DNA of 63,315 nucleotides, filler included, from 7 parts of 7 records of this genome joined end to end with filler, not necessarily neighbours in it, one strand, 5' to 3'; positions 21,717 to 33,510 are shown, counted from the whole stretch's first letter. A program made the numbers and translations. The notes: generated by a model from the sequence alone, not told the origin.

Positions 21717-22991
21717 ATGGAAGCATCAACTATAACACTGATAATCATGTTGGTAACAATGGTATCACTGGTTGTGGAAATTATCCCAATGTCAATGACA
21801 GCACTTCTATGTGCAGTATCACTAGCGGTTTTCAAGGTACTACCTGCAAAGCAAGCATTTAGTTTCTTTGGAAGTACTAATATTATCTTATTCGCAGCAA
21901 TGTTCGTTATCGGTTACGCATTCTTTGAAACAGGAATGGCGAAAAAAGCCGGAGGATTAATCACAAAGCATGCTAAATCAGAGAGACAATTAGTTGTTAT
22001 TCTAATGTTAGTATCTGGTGGTTTATCAATGGTTTTATCAAATACAGGAACAACAGCTGTATTTATTCCACTTGTAATGGGATTAGCTGCAAGTTCAGGT
22101 TTCAGTCAAAGTAGACTACTTTACTCAATGGTAGCTGCCGTTGGTATGGGTGGAATGGGAACTTTATTAGCAGGTCCTGGATGGTTATATGTTAAAGGAA
22201 CAATTGAAAAAGTATCACCAGATACATATTTTGGAGTATTTGGACCATCAAAAGTAGGAATTCCAATGTTCATCATTACAGTTATTTACTTTGGAACTGT
22301 AGGGTACAAACTTATCCCTGATAGAGAGGGAGAAATCGCTGGACATGCTATGAGCGAAGAGAAAGAAGTTGAAGTGCCGGCATGGAAAACATACGTTGCT
22401 TGTGCTGTATTAATCATTACTGTATTAGCTATGATTTTCGAAAAACAACTTGGAGTTAAATTATGGTTATCGGCAGTTATTGGAGCAGCAACATTAGTAG
22501 TAACTAGAGTTATTACTGAAAAGCAAGCATTTGATTCAATTTCTTGGAAAACATTAACATTATTTGCAGGTATTTTACCTTTATCAATTGCTCTTAGAGA
22601 AACTGGAGCAGGTGGAATTATCGCTGATACAATGTTAAAAATGATGGGTAACTCAACAAATCCATATGTAATAACAGCTGTATTAATGTTAATACCAACT
22701 ATTTTAACTAACTTTATATCAAATGCAACTACAGCAGCACTTATGACTCCGTTAGGATTCTCAGTAGCTGAAAGAATCGGAGCAGATCCGGTTGCAATTA
22801 TTATGGCTATCTCAATCGGAGCAGGATTCGCAATAGCAACTCCTATTGGTCAGCCAGGAAATGCAATGATTTACGGACCATCGGGATTAAAGTTTGCTGA
22901 TTATGCGAAACCAGCAATACCACTAACGATTATCATGTATATTGTATGTATATTCCTAGTGCCTACAGTTTGGCCATTTTTCCCAGGATAA
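21717..22991 (+). CDS. SLC13/DASS family permease
   Basis: LSNTGTTA, FISNATTAA, TPIGQPGN; ~12 TM. Confidence 0.88.
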   Translation: MEASTITLIIMLVTMVSLVVEIIPMSMTALLCAVSLAVFKVLPAKQAFSFFGSTNIILFAAMFVIGYAFFETGMAKKAGGLITKHAKSERQLVVILMLVSGGLSMVLSNTGTTAVFIPLVMGLAASSGFSQSRLLYSMVAAVGMGGMGTLLAGPGWLYVKGTIEKVSPDTYFGVFGPSKVGIPMFIITVIYFGTVGYKLIPDREGEIAGHAMSEEKEVEVPAWKTYVACAVLIITVLAMIFEKQLGVKLWLSAVIGAATLVVTRVITEKQAFDSISWKTLTLFAGILPLSIALRETGAGGIIADTMLKMMGNSTNPYVITAVLMLIPTILTNFISNATTAALMTPLGFSVAERIGADPVAIIMAISIGAGFAIATPIGQPGNAMIYGPSGLKFADYAKPAIPLTIIMYIVCIFLVPTVWPFFPG

Positions 22992-23048
22992 AAAATAAAA
23001 ACTTATTATAAAATTAATTTTTTATAAATCCACAATCTACATCCTAAC

Positions 23049-23085
23049 TTGGTGGATTAAGAAATCAAATTTTTTAATCCACCAA
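23049..23085. terminator. Intergenic stem-loop (terminator/mRNA stabiliser)
   Basis: ttggtggattaa / ttaatccaccaa perfect inverted repeat. Confidence 0.6.
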
Positions 23086-23117
23086 ACCCAAACAAATAGT
23101 AAAGGAGAATAGAAAAA

Positions 23118-24092
23118 ATGAAAATCAAATTATTTTTAATTATCAGCGCGTTATTATTAACAACTCCCATTTTTGCGGAAAACAATAAAAATACAACAAA
23201 AGAATTAAAACCTATGACTAATGAAGAGATGATAGAAAGAGCAAAGAAAATGAGAAGTAGAGTAACAGGGCCTGTAAAAGCAGAGGAGTTCGTAGAATTT
23301 CCTGCTGAAGAAAAAGAGTTGAGTATATCTACTAGACAAGGTGATGCAAAAGTATTTTTAATTACCTCAGAGAAGAATTCTGGAGAAAAATTACCTCTAA
23401 TAATTAATATTCACGGTGGTGGATTTATAAAAGGAAGAGCGGATAGAGATAAACTTTTCTGTTCAAAACTGGTAAACAGATTACCTGTAGTAGTATTAGA
23501 TATTGACTATAAATTAGCTCCGGAAAACAAGTTTCCAAAAGGTTTAGAGGAAACTCACGATGTAGTCCAGTGGGCATTTGAAAATGCAGATAAATTAAAT
23601 ATTGATCCTGAAAGAGTAGCGGTAATTGGACAAAGTGCAGGAGGAAATCTAGCTGTTGGTGCAGTTAATCTAGCAATAGATAAAAATGGATATATGCCAA
23701 AAGCATTAATTACTACATATGCACCTTTAGATCTACACACTGATCCTGTAACTAAAAGACAACCTGAAGGAACTCGTCCTGGAACAGCAGAAAGAGCGAG
23801 AGTATATAATAGCTTCTACGTAGACCCTGCGAAATCAGCATCTTATTTAGCATCTCCTGTTTTTACACCTGTAGAGAATTTAAAAGTATTTCCGAAGTCA
23901 CTAATAATAAGTGCAGGAAAAGATATGTTAGCTGATGAAAGTGAAGCTTTCGCTATTAACTTAGCTAAAGCTGGAGTTGAAGTAACAGCTAAAAGATTCA
24001 TTAAAAGTCCTCATGGATTTACAATTAATAGAATGGGTGAATATCAAGAATCAATTGATTTAATTGTTAAATTTTTAAAAGATTCATTATAA
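23118..24092 (+). CDS. Secreted alpha/beta hydrolase (HSL-family esterase)
   Basis: Signal peptide, HGGGF, GQSAGG, D...HGF. Confidence 0.9.
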   Translation: MKIKLFLIISALLLTTPIFAENNKNTTKELKPMTNEEMIERAKKMRSRVTGPVKAEEFVEFPAEEKELSISTRQGDAKVFLITSEKNSGEKLPLIINIHGGGFIKGRADRDKLFCSKLVNRLPVVVLDIDYKLAPENKFPKGLEETHDVVQWAFENADKLNIDPERVAVIGQSAGGNLAVGAVNLAIDKNGYMPKALITTYAPLDLHTDPVTKRQPEGTRPGTAERARVYNSFYVDPAKSASYLASPVFTPVENLKVFPKSLIISAGKDMLADESEAFAINLAKAGVEVTAKRFIKSPHGFTINRMGEYQESIDLIVKFLKDSL

Positions 24093-24147
24093 ATTTTTTA
24101 AACTAAGTACATAGTCCGCAAAGCTACATTGACACATACCCTTTCAT

Positions 24148-24185
24148 TGTTTAGCAGATGAATAACAGTATTGATCTGCTAAACA
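24148..24185. terminator. Intergenic stem-loop
   Basis: tgtttagcagat / atctgctaaaca inverted repeat. Confidence 0.55.
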
Positions 24186-24272
24186 GAGTAAATGGAATTA
24201 AGATTTAAGGATAAGTAGACGCAAATTAATGGAGAAAAGTATTTTCAAAAAAATATTTATGGAGGATATAAC

Positions 24273-25172
24273 GTGAAAATTAAAAAATTAGGTTTAGTTA
24301 TTATGAGTTTATTATTAACAGCACCAGCATTTGCAGTAACAACTTTTTCACCAAGTATTGGAATTCAATCAAATGAATATGATAATAGAAGTGATGAAAA
24401 AGAGGATCACTTAATGGTTGGGTTTAGATTAACTCAATCTCTTAATGAAAAAACAAGCTTGAGATTAGAGCACAGATCCTATGATTATGATTACTTCAAT
24501 GAGGATGAAACAACAAATTCAAATAGAAAAACAGAAACATTTATCTATTTAGATAATAAAGTGCTTAATGTTAAAGATGGACTAAAATTAGATATTAATT
24601 TTGGTATGAAGAAAGAGAACTACGTTTATAGAGATAGTAATGATGAAGGTGTAGACTACAGATTACAACCAAGATGGAAATATCCGATTACTGAAGATAT
24701 TACTATCGGTGGTAACTGGTTATTTTATCACTTGAAAAATATTGATGGAAGATATGATACTCAATATGGAAATCAATATGGGCATGAACTTGACACAGGA
24801 ATTACATATACAGGAATTGATAAATATAAACTAGATGTAAGTTTATATCACGAAAAGCATTTTTCATTAATGGATGATAATGACTTTGATAAAGAACTAA
24901 TGCAATTAAGAGCTAGAGTATCTACGAAATTAGGGAAATTTAATATAGCGCCTTGGTTTGGGGTTCAGTTAGGTGATTATCAAATCACTAAATCAGACGG
25001 GAGCTCAACAGAAGAAGGAAAAACAATTAACAGATACGGTGTAGATATAGCAACTGTATATCAAGATGTTAGATATCAAGCTCAAGTTTATACACAAACT
25101 GCAACTTATGACGAGGATGCTTATGATTACTCTAGAGTATACCTTAGATTATCAAGTACATATAGATTTTAA
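24273..25172 (+). CDS. Outer-membrane beta-barrel / porin-like protein
   Basis: Signal peptide ending AFA, amphipathic Tyr-rich strands, C-terminal TYRF. Confidence 0.7.
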   Translation: MKIKKLGLVIMSLLLTAPAFAVTTFSPSIGIQSNEYDNRSDEKEDHLMVGFRLTQSLNEKTSLRLEHRSYDYDYFNEDETTNSNRKTETFIYLDNKVLNVKDGLKLDINFGMKKENYVYRDSNDEGVDYRLQPRWKYPITEDITIGGNWLFYHLKNIDGRYDTQYGNQYGHELDTGITYTGIDKYKLDVSLYHEKHFSLMDDNDFDKELMQLRARVSTKLGKFNIAPWFGVQLGDYQITKSDGSSTEEGKTINRYGVDIATVYQDVRYQAQVYTQTATYDEDAYDYSRVYLRLSSTYRF

Positions 25173-25208
25173 TAAATAAATGGTTCACTCATCACTTCTT
25201 TTAAGATT

Positions 25209-25254
25209 ACATAACGGGAGACCTGCTGATTATAGGTTCTCTCGTTATGTTTTT
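25209..25254 (+). terminator. Rho-independent terminator
   Basis: acataacgggaga / tctctcgttatgt stem plus T-run. Confidence 0.75.
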
Positions 25255-25355
25255 AAATAATAAGTTTTGTATTTTAATTCTAAAAAATAGCAATTTGAGT
25301 AAAATATAAAACTTGTTTCTTAAAATATAATTTTTGAAAAATTAGGAGGACTAAT

Positions 25356-27011
25356 ATGGCAACAATTAATGGATTAGAGAGAGGATTTATTGGTAAAAAA
25401 TCGGAGAAACTTTTTTCGCGAACAAGAAGCACAATAGAAACAGCATTTTATAGAAATAATGTGGTTAAAGTAAATACATTAACAGAAGCATATGAATTAG
25501 CAAAAAAATCACCTGGAACTATCGAAACAGGAATGCCTATATTTTCTCCAGAAAAAATTGGACTTCCAGTTGACAGTAATATCTTAATATTTAATGATGG
25601 AGATAGAACTGGAAGAACTGCTGCAGCAAGAAAAATTATCGGAGCATCTGGTGTTAATCAGGATGAGTATGCTGGAAAATTAAGAGATGCAGTATTCCAA
25701 TCAAGATATAAAAAAATGTACCATGCAACAGTTATGGTAGGTTTACATGAAGACTTTATGGTAAAGGCACATCTTCTTATCCCAGAAGGGTATGAAAATG
25801 TTCTATACTCTTGGATGCTTAATTTTCAAGTGTTCAATGATGAATACAGTGCAATGTATGATAATTCAAAAGCTATAAACAATGAGGGAGATATATTTGT
25901 ATTCTCTGATCCGGATTGGAAAGATGAGGATTCACCTCTTGGCTTAACGCTATTTGATTCTGAACATAATTGTGCAGCACTTCTTGGAATGAAATATTTC
26001 GGGGAGCATAAAAAGGGAACTCTTACTTTAGCTTGGTCAATTGGATCAAGAAATGGCTATACAGCATGTCATGGAGGCTTAAAAAGATATAATCTAGACA
26101 ATGGTAAAACATATGTAGCATCAGTTTTCGGATTATCAGGATCAGGGAAATCAACAATTACCCATGCAAAACATAATGACAAATATGACATAACTGTTCT
26201 ACACGATGATGCATTTCTTATCTCTAATGAGAATGGCTCATCTATAGCGCTTGAGCCTTCATATTTTGATAAGATACAAGATTATCCAACAGATTCAGAG
26301 GATAATAAATATTTACTCTCTATTCAGAATTGTGGTGCAACACTTGATAAAGATGGAGTAGTAGTTCCTGTAACAGAAGATATTAGAAATGGAAATGGCA
26401 GAGCGATTAAATCAGTTTTATGGTCTCCAAATAGAGTAAATAAATGTGACGAGAAATGTGACTCAATATTCTGGTTAATGAAGGATGAGAGTTTACCACC
26501 AATTTTAAAAATAAAATCTCCGGTTTTAGGTGCTGTTATGGGAGCAACACTTGCAACCAAAAGAACATCAGCGGAACATTTACTTAAAAATGAAGATACA
26601 TCTAAACTAGTAATTGAACCATATGCAAACCCATTTAGGACATACCCTTTAGTTGATGATTATGAGAAATTTAAATCATTATTTGAAGATATGAATGTTG
26701 ATTGCTACATCTTAAATACAGGTTTTTTCCTTCATAAAAAGATCACACCTCAAATGACTTTCTCAATATTAGAGCAGATTGTTGAAAATAAAGCTGAGTT
26801 CAAACCACTTGGTTTCTTTAAAGAAATTGATTACTTAGCAATTCCTGACTTTGAACCGAATTTTGAAGATGCAAACTACTTAAAATTATTGGAATCAAGA
26901 ATGGAAAAAAGATTAGAAAGTTTAAATGAACTTAAGGGAATGGATAAACTTCCTTATGAAGCAATAGAAGTCTTTTATAGAATTATAAAGAAAGTTAAGG
27001 ATGCATATTAA
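25356..27011 (+). CDS. pckA: Phosphoenolpyruvate carboxykinase (ATP)
   Basis: YFGEHKKG, GLSGSGKST P-loop, LHDD, NGR, ANPF. Confidence 0.92.
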   Translation: MATINGLERGFIGKKSEKLFSRTRSTIETAFYRNNVVKVNTLTEAYELAKKSPGTIETGMPIFSPEKIGLPVDSNILIFNDGDRTGRTAAARKIIGASGVNQDEYAGKLRDAVFQSRYKKMYHATVMVGLHEDFMVKAHLLIPEGYENVLYSWMLNFQVFNDEYSAMYDNSKAINNEGDIFVFSDPDWKDEDSPLGLTLFDSEHNCAALLGMKYFGEHKKGTLTLAWSIGSRNGYTACHGGLKRYNLDNGKTYVASVFGLSGSGKSTITHAKHNDKYDITVLHDDAFLISNENGSSIALEPSYFDKIQDYPTDSEDNKYLLSIQNCGATLDKDGVVVPVTEDIRNGNGRAIKSVLWSPNRVNKCDEKCDSIFWLMKDESLPPILKIKSPVLGAVMGATLATKRTSAEHLLKNEDTSKLVIEPYANPFRTYPLVDDYEKFKSLFEDMNVDCYILNTGFFLHKKITPQMTFSILEQIVENKAEFKPLGFFKEIDYLAIPDFEPNFEDANYLKLLESRMEKRLESLNELKGMDKLPYEAIEVFYRIIKKVKDAY

Positions 27012-27054
27012 ATCAATCAAATGCAAGGAGTAAATAAAATGAGTAAGTTAAAAA

Positions 27055-27154
27055 NNNNNNNNNNNNNNNNNNNNNNNNNNNNNNNNNNNNNNNNNNNNTT
27101 AATTAATTAANNNNNNNNNNNNNNNNNNNNNNNNNNNNNNNNNNNNNNNNNNNN
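27055..27154. other. Artificial contig linker
   Basis: N-run with TTAATTAATTAA. Confidence 0.99.
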
Positions 27155-27748
27155 GGCAAGATCAAGAACATCACCGATTTCGGTCTTTTCATCGGAATTG
27201 ACGATGACATCGACGGTCTCGTTCACATCTCAGACATCTCCTGGACCAAGCGGATCAAGCATCCTTCCGAGGTTTACAAAAAGAACGACACGGTTCAGGC
27301 GGTTGTCCTCGATATCGACAAGTCAAGCGAGCGCTTTTCCCTCGGTATCAAGCAGATTCAGCCCGATCCCTGGGAAACTGTTGAAGATCGTTACCAGGTC
27401 GGAACCGAGATCAGCGGTGTTGTAACCAACATCACAGACTTCGGTGTGTTCGTTGAGCTTGAGGAGGGTATCGAAGGCCTTGTCCATGTTTCCGAGATCA
27501 GCAAGGAGAAGATCAAGACTCCTGCAGGCGTCTACAACATGGGTGACACCATCACTGCCAGGGTGATGAACATCAACAGCGACGAGCGTCGCATCGGACT
27601 TTCCATCAAACGTCTGGACGAGGACGAGGATGAGGCTGTATTTAAGGACTTCACCAAGAACATGAAGCCTGCCACCTCATCTTTTGGTGAGCTGCTTAGG
27701 GACAACATCCAGGAGCAGTTGAAGAAGGACGACGATACAGAAGAGTAG
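27155..27748 (+). CDS. rpsA: 30S ribosomal protein S1, 5' truncated
   Basis: GKIKNITDFGLFIG...DGLVHISDISW and second S1 repeat EGLVHVSEI. Confidence 0.95.
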   Translation, partial: GKIKNITDFGLFIGIDDDIDGLVHISDISWTKRIKHPSEVYKKNDTVQAVVLDIDKSSERFSLGIKQIQPDPWETVEDRYQVGTEISGVVTNITDFGVFVELEEGIEGLVHVSEISKEKIKTPAGVYNMGDTITARVMNINSDERRIGLSIKRLDEDEDEAVFKDFTKNMKPATSSFGELLRDNIQEQLKKDDDTEE

Positions 27749-27800
27749 CATATATACCTTGACCATCGCTCTTGACGGGCGCAGATCAAGATAGAATAAT

Positions 27801-27835
27801 GCCGGTTTCAGGATATTCCTGAAACCGGCTTTTTT
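27801..27835 (+). terminator. Rho-independent terminator after rpsA
   Basis: gccggtttcagga / tcctgaaaccggc followed by T-run. Confidence 0.9.
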
Positions 27836-27862
27836 ATTATCCGTAATCAACGAGGAAATGCC

Positions 27863-28765
27863 ATGTTTTCAAGACGACATCCTTTCATGTTTTTCACCCT
27901 TGCCCTCTCATCCATCGTTGCTGTTTCCATCATTCTCCTCGTGGCTATGTTGGTGGGAAGTTCGATGGTGTTTCGCTCCGCCGTTCCTTCCGCTTTTACC
28001 CAATCCGGCGGCAACGTCGGTATTGTGGAGATTGCCGGTGTCATCACCTCATCAAAGAAGGCGATTGAACAGATAAAGACCTTCAGGGAGGATTCATCCA
28101 TTAAGGCGATCGTTTTGAGGATAGACTCCCCCGGCGGCGCGGTGGGGCCGTCCCAGGAGATCTACCGGGAGGTGATGAAGACCCGCAAGACTAAAAAAGT
28201 GGTGGCTTCCCTGGGGTCGGTGGCGGCTTCCGGCGGCTACTATGCAGCGTCCGCCTCGGACGGCATCGTTGCCAACCCCGGCACCATCACCGGAAGCATC
28301 GGAGTGATCATGGAGTATGCCAATTTTCAGAAGATCATGGAGAAGATCGGTCTCGCCCCCGTGGTTATCAAGAGCGGAGAATTCAAGGATATGGGATCTC
28401 CGGTCCGGGAATTGAGCAAAAAGGAAAGGGCGATTCTTCAAGGGGTTGCCGACGAGATCCATCAGCAGTTTGTCAGGGATGTTGCAACGGGCCGGCGCAT
28501 TCAGCAGGACCGGATCGGCAAGCTTGCCGACGGCCGTATTTACACCGGTGAAAGGGCGGTGGACCTCCATATGGTGGACCGGCTCGGGAACCTGGACGAC
28601 GCCGTCAACTGGGCCGGAAAGATGGCGGGAATCAAGGGTAAGATAGAGCCCGTCTATCCCAAGGAGGACAAGATGGGCTTTATCAGGGAAATTGTTCAGA
28701 CACTATTCAAACAGGCTTACATCGCCGGCTCCGTGTCGGATTATTTCAGGTATGTCGTCAATTAG
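27863..28765 (+). CDS. sppA: Signal peptide peptidase SppA (36K type)
   Basis: RIDSPGG, AASGGYY, TGSIGV, KSGEFKD. Confidence 0.95.
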   Translation: MFSRRHPFMFFTLALSSIVAVSIILLVAMLVGSSMVFRSAVPSAFTQSGGNVGIVEIAGVITSSKKAIEQIKTFREDSSIKAIVLRIDSPGGAVGPSQEIYREVMKTRKTKKVVASLGSVAASGGYYAASASDGIVANPGTITGSIGVIMEYANFQKIMEKIGLAPVVIKSGEFKDMGSPVRELSKKERAILQGVADEIHQQFVRDVATGRRIQQDRIGKLADGRIYTGERAVDLHMVDRLGNLDDAVNWAGKMAGIKGKIEPVYPKEDKMGFIREIVQTLFKQAYIAGSVSDYFRYVVN

Positions 28766-29311
28766 GGAGACTACGCTGGAGGCCCTTCCCGTGACAGGGC
28801 CTCCGTCGATCACCATGTCGATCCTGTTTCCAAACCAGTCGTGGAGCAGGGACGGATCTTCAAAGGCGATGCCGTCCGGGTCGGTGGCGCTGGTGGAGAG
28901 CACGGGGTTGCCAAGCTCCCTTGCAATGGCAAGGGCAATGGCGTTATCGGGTACCCTGATGCCCGCTGTTTTCCGTTTTGTCAGCATCATCTTGGGCACC
29001 ATTTTCGAGCCCGGCAGGATAAAGGTGTAGGGGCCGGGCAGGAGTCGTTTCATGTTCCTGTATGCGACATTGCTTACCTTTGCATAATCGCTTATGTTCT
29101 TAAGGTCCGAACAGATGAAGCTGAAGGGCTGGTTCTTGCTGCGCTGCTTGAGCAGGTAGACCTTCTCTATGGCCTTCTTGTTCATGATGTCGCAGCCGAT
29201 ACCGTAATTGGTGTCCGTTGGATAGGCAATGACCCCTCCCTGTTTCAGCGTATCCGTAATCTGACTGATAAGCCGTGGCTGGGGATTGTCGGGATTTACT
29301 CTTATTAACAT
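28703..29311 (-). CDS. Sua5/YrdC/YciO family threonylcarbamoyl-AMP synthase
   Basis: YPTDTNYG, LPGPYTFIL, GIRVP, STSA. Confidence 0.92.
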   Translation of the reverse strand: MLIRVNPDNPQPRLISQITDTLKQGGVIAYPTDTNYGIGCDIMNKKAIEKVYLLKQRSKNQPFSFICSDLKNISDYAKVSNVAYRNMKRLLPGPYTFILPGSKMVPKMMLTKRKTAGIRVPDNAIALAIARELGNPVLSTSATDPDGIAFEDPSLLHDWFGNRIDMVIDGGPVTGRASSVVSLIDDIPEIIRHGAGDVSLFE

Positions 29312-29568
29312 TTCTTTATTCCATCTCTGGTGTGGTTGGTCAAAACCTCTTACCGCTAGGGTTCAAAGGTTGTGTTTGCCGGCAAAAAGACTTTATTTCC
29401 ATATTGACAAAATGTCAACAAGAACAAGATAATCATTGATTTTAATCGGCTGGTCTGATATTTAAGTCTGTTTATAATCACGATGACGCGACCGGCTTTT
29501 CAACTTTGAGATTAACCGGGCCGGCACCACATACACTTTTAAAAAAAATCCCGGCGGGAGGTAGTTTT

Positions 29569-31044
29569 ATGGCACCTAAAATTTATAGTGATGGTTTATC
29601 CTTTGATGATGTTCTGCTTGTACCTGAATTTTCAGCGATTTTACCCGATGAGGTCGAAACTAAGACACGGCTTACAAAAAATCTTGAGCTGAACATCCCC
29701 ATCGTCAGTGCCGCCATGGATACGGTAACTGAGGCGCTCACGGCCATCAGCATGGCCAGGGCAGGTGGAATGGGATTCATTCACAGGAACCTTTCCATCG
29801 AGGAGCAGGCGATCGAGGTGGACCGGGTCAAAAAGTCAGAAAGCGGAATGATTGTCGACCCCATCACTATCTCCCCTGACGTACCCCTTTCGGAAGTCCA
29901 CAACATCATGGCGAAATACCGGATTTCCGGCATCCCTGTCACCGAGGGAGACAAGCTCGTGGGTATTGTGACCAACAGGGACCTGCGATTTGAGACCCAG
30001 CTTGACAAGCCCGCAAGCGAGGTAATGACCAAGGAGAACCTGGTGACCGTTCCCGAGGGTGTTTCCCTGGAAGAGTCTAAAAAGATGCTGCACAAGCACA
30101 GGATCGAAAAGCTGCTCGTGGTGAACACCCATGGCAAGCTCAAGGGACTCATCACCATCAAGGACATCGAGAAAATCCGCAAATACCCCAATGCCTGCAA
30201 GGATTCCATGGGCCGTCTCCGGGCCGGTGCCGCCATCGGTGTCGGATCGGACATGATGACCCGGACCGAGGCCCTGTTGAGAGCGGGCGCTGATGCCCTG
30301 GTCATCGACACCTCCCACGGTCATTCCCACAACGTTATTTCCGCTGTCCAGAAGATCAAGCACGCTTTCCCCGACTGCCAGATCATCGCGGGTAACGTGG
30401 CTACGGCCAAGGGTGCAAAGGCCCTCGTCGACGCAGGCTCCGACGGTATTAAAATCGGCATCGGACCCGGCTCCATCTGCACCACTCGAATCGTTGCCGG
30501 TGTGGGTGTGCCCCAGCTGACAGCTGTTCTGAACTGCAAGGAGGTCTCTGACGAAACAGGGATTCCCCTCATTGCCGACGGTGGTATCAAATTTTCCGGA
30601 GACGTTGCAAAGGCCATCGGCGCCGGCGCCCATACGGTAATGCTGGGCAGCCTCCTTGCCGGTACCAGCGAGAGCCCCGGTGAGATCGTCATCTTCCAGG
30701 GAAGGAGCTACAAGGCATACAGGGGTATGGGATCTGTCGAGGCCATGAAAAAGGGTTCCAGCGATCGCTACTACCAGCGTGACAGCAAAGAGGACGAGAC
30801 CCTTGTTCCCGAAGGTATTGTCGGACGGATTCCCTACAGGGGAACGGTCAAGGAGAATATCCACCAGATGATCGGCGGCCTCAAGGCCGGCATGGGCTAC
30901 CTTGGCGCCTCCACCGTGGAAGAGCTTCGGGAGAAGGCAAGCTTTGTCAAGATTTCCGCCGCAGGTCTCAGGGAGAGCCACGTCCATGACGTTATCATCA
31001 CCAAGGAGGCTCCCAACTACAGCGTCGACAGCATGAATCAGTAG
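29569..31044 (+). CDS. guaB: IMP dehydrogenase
   Basis: [11 protein letters not shown] pair, [25 protein letters not shown] before ATG 29569. Confidence 0.98.
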   Translation: MAPKIYSDGLSFDDVLLVPEFSAILPDEVETKTRLTKNLELNIPIVSAAMDTVTEALTAISMARAGGMGFIHRNLSIEEQAIEVDRVKKSESGMIVDPITISPDVPLSEVHNIMAKYRISGIPVTEGDKLVGIVTNRDLRFETQLDKPASEVMTKENLVTVPEGVSLEESKKMLHKHRIEKLLVVNTHGKLKGLITIKDIEKIRKYPNACKDSMGRLRAGAAIGVGSDMMTRTEALLRAGADALVIDTSHGHSHNVISAVQKIKHAFPDCQIIAGNVATAKGAKALVDAGSDGIKIGIGPGSICTTRIVAGVGVPQLTAVLNCKEVSDETGIPLIADGGIKFSGDVAKAIGAGAHTVMLGSLLAGTSESPGEIVIFQGRSYKAYRGMGSVEAMKKGSSDRYYQRDSKEDETLVPEGIVGRIPYRGTVKENIHQMIGGLKAGMGYLGASTVEELREKASFVKISAAGLRESHVHDVIITKEAPNYSVDSMNQ

Positions 31045-31082
31045 TCGCAGCAGTAGTCGTAGCAGCAAAAATTGAGTGAATT

Positions 31083-31108
31083 GAGTCCGGAGCTTCGGCT
31101 CCGGACTC
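31083..31108 (+). terminator. Stable cUUCGg hairpin between guaB and dnaE
   Basis: gagtccggagc-ttcg-gctccggactc perfect 11-bp stem. Confidence 0.65.
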
Positions 31109-31127
31109 GTTTGGGGATTTGCATTCA

Positions 31128-33510
31128 ATGACAGAACAGTCAACACCATTTTACCACCTCCACGTTCACACGGAGTTTTCACTCCTGGACGGAGCCATCC
31201 GGCTCGATGCCCTGCTGGACCGAAGCAAGGAATTTAACATGGATGCGGTGGCCATGACCGATCACGGCGTCATGTTCGGCGCAGCCATGTTCAACGAAAA
31301 GGCAATAAAGGCCGGCGTCAAACCGATCCTGGGTTGCGAAGTCTATGTGGCGCCCAGGAGCATCAAACACAAAACCGCCGAAGACAATAAGGGGCTCAAC
31401 CACCTTGTGCTCCTGTCAAAGGACCGGGTGGGTTACGCCAACCTGTGCAAGCTGGTCTCCATTGCCCAGTTCGAGGGCTTCTATTACAAGCCCAGGGTGG
31501 ACCGGGAACTTCTGGCCCAGTACAGCGAGGGGCTCATCGCCCTGTCAGCCTGCCTCAAGGGAGATATTCCCCAGAAGATCATCAATAACAAGATGGAAGA
31601 GGCGGACGATGCCGCCCGTTTCTATCTCGAGACCTATGGCGAGGGAAATTTCTTTCTGGAAGTGCAGAAGAACGGCATGGCGATCCAGGAAAAGGTCAAC
31701 CAGGGCCTTGTGGACATGAGCCAGCGGCTCTCCATTCCCCTGGTGGCCACAAACGACTGCCATTATCTTTCAAAGGATCATGTCCGGGCCCACGAGGCCC
31801 TGCTTTGCATCCAGACCGGAAACACCCTCAACGACACCTCCCGGTTCAAGTTTGATTCGGACGAACTTTACTTCAAGTCTCCGGATGAGATGATCGCCGA
31901 TTTCAAGGGGTTTGACGGCGCCATCGAAAACACCCGGCTCATCGCCAGCCAGTGCAATGTGGAATTCGGTGACAAGGTTTACCATTTTCCCCAGTACACC
32001 TCCGAAAACCACGAAGATCCCGAGGAAAGCGCCGCCGTTCTCTTTGACCGCCAGGCCCGTGAAGGGTTTGCAAAGCGCATGGAAATGCTCAAGCGGCAAA
32101 ACCCGGACATTGATGAAAAACTCTACCAGGAGCGTATCGACTATGAAATCGGCGTTATCCTGGACATGGGATTCCCCGGATATTTTCTCATTGTTGCTGA
32201 TTTCATCCGCTACTCCAGGGAGCACGGCATCCCCGTCGGACCCGGCAGGGGCTCGGCCGCCGGCAGTATGGTGGCCTATGCCATGGAAATCACCGCCCTG
32301 GATCCCATCGAACACGGTCTGATCTTCGAGCGGTTTCTCAACCCCTCCCGAATCTCCATGCCGGATATCGATGTGGATTTCTGCATCGAAGGCCGGGAGG
32401 AAGTATACAAGTACGTTATCGACCGGTACGGCGGACCCGACTATGTTTCCCAGATCATCACCTTTGGCAAGCTCAAGGCCAAGGCGGTCATCAGGGACGT
32501 TGGCAGGGCCCTGAGCATTCCCCTGCCCGAAGTGGATGTCATTGCCAAGCTGATCCCGGATACGGCCAAGAACCTCCAGCAGGCACTGGACGACGTGCCC
32601 CAGATCATGGACCTGGTGGGTGAGGATCCCGTTAAAAAGGAACTTCTGGATATTGCGCTCATCCTCGAGGGCCTTCCGCGCCAGGCCTCGACCCATGCCT
32701 GCGGGGTTGTTATTTCAGACAAGCCCCTGGTGGAATATCTGCCCACCTACAAGGGAAAAGAGGGCGAGGTCGTGACCCAGTTTGACATGAACTTTGTTGA
32801 AAAACAGGGGCTTGTCAAGTTCGACTTCCTGGGGCTTCGAAACCTTACCGTCATCAAGAACACCCTGGATCTCCTGGAAAAGCAGAAAAAGGAGGTCCCC
32901 GACCTCCTGGAGCTCGACATGGAGGACAAGAAGACCTTCGAACTTTTGTGCAGGGCCGACACCACGGGTGTTTTCCAGCTGGAAAGCTCGGGCATGAAGG
33001 AGCTGATCGCAAGGCTCCAGCCCGCCGCCTTCAGTGATATCGTGGCCCTGGTGGCCCTCTACCGCCCGGGTCCCCTGGACTCCGGTATGGCGGACTCCTA
33101 TGTGGAAAGAAAGGCGGGCCGTGAAGAGGTTGTTTATCTTTTTCCCGAGCTTGAATCCATTCTTAAGGAGACCTACGGGGTTATCCTTTACCAGGAGCAG
33201 GTGATGAAGATTGCGGGTGTCCTGGCCAACTACACCATGGCGGATGCGGACGGCCTTCGAAAGGCCATGGGTAAGAAGATCCCCGCCATGATGGAGGAGC
33301 ACCGGGTCCTGTTCACCAAGGGCGCCAAGGAGAACAACCTGGACGAGGCCAAGGCCACGGAGCTCTTTGACCTCATGGAGAAGTTCGGCGGATACGGGTT
33401 CAACAAGTCCCACTCCGCAGCCTATGCCCTGGTCTGCTATCAGACCGCCTATCTCAAGGCCCATCATCCCCTTGAGTACATGGCCGCCATCATGACCGTC
33501 GACATGAGCA
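31128..33510 (+). CDS. dnaE: DNA polymerase III alpha subunit, 3' truncated
   Basis: HLHVHTEFSLLDG PHP, GRGSAAGS, PDIDVDF, KFDFLGL, FNKSHSAAY. Confidence 0.98.

Noticed and set aside
29836-33467. Long antisense ORFs (448, 308, 250 aa) opposite guaB and dnaE
   Set aside because: Shadow frames from GC-biased codon usage of conserved genes; no motifs
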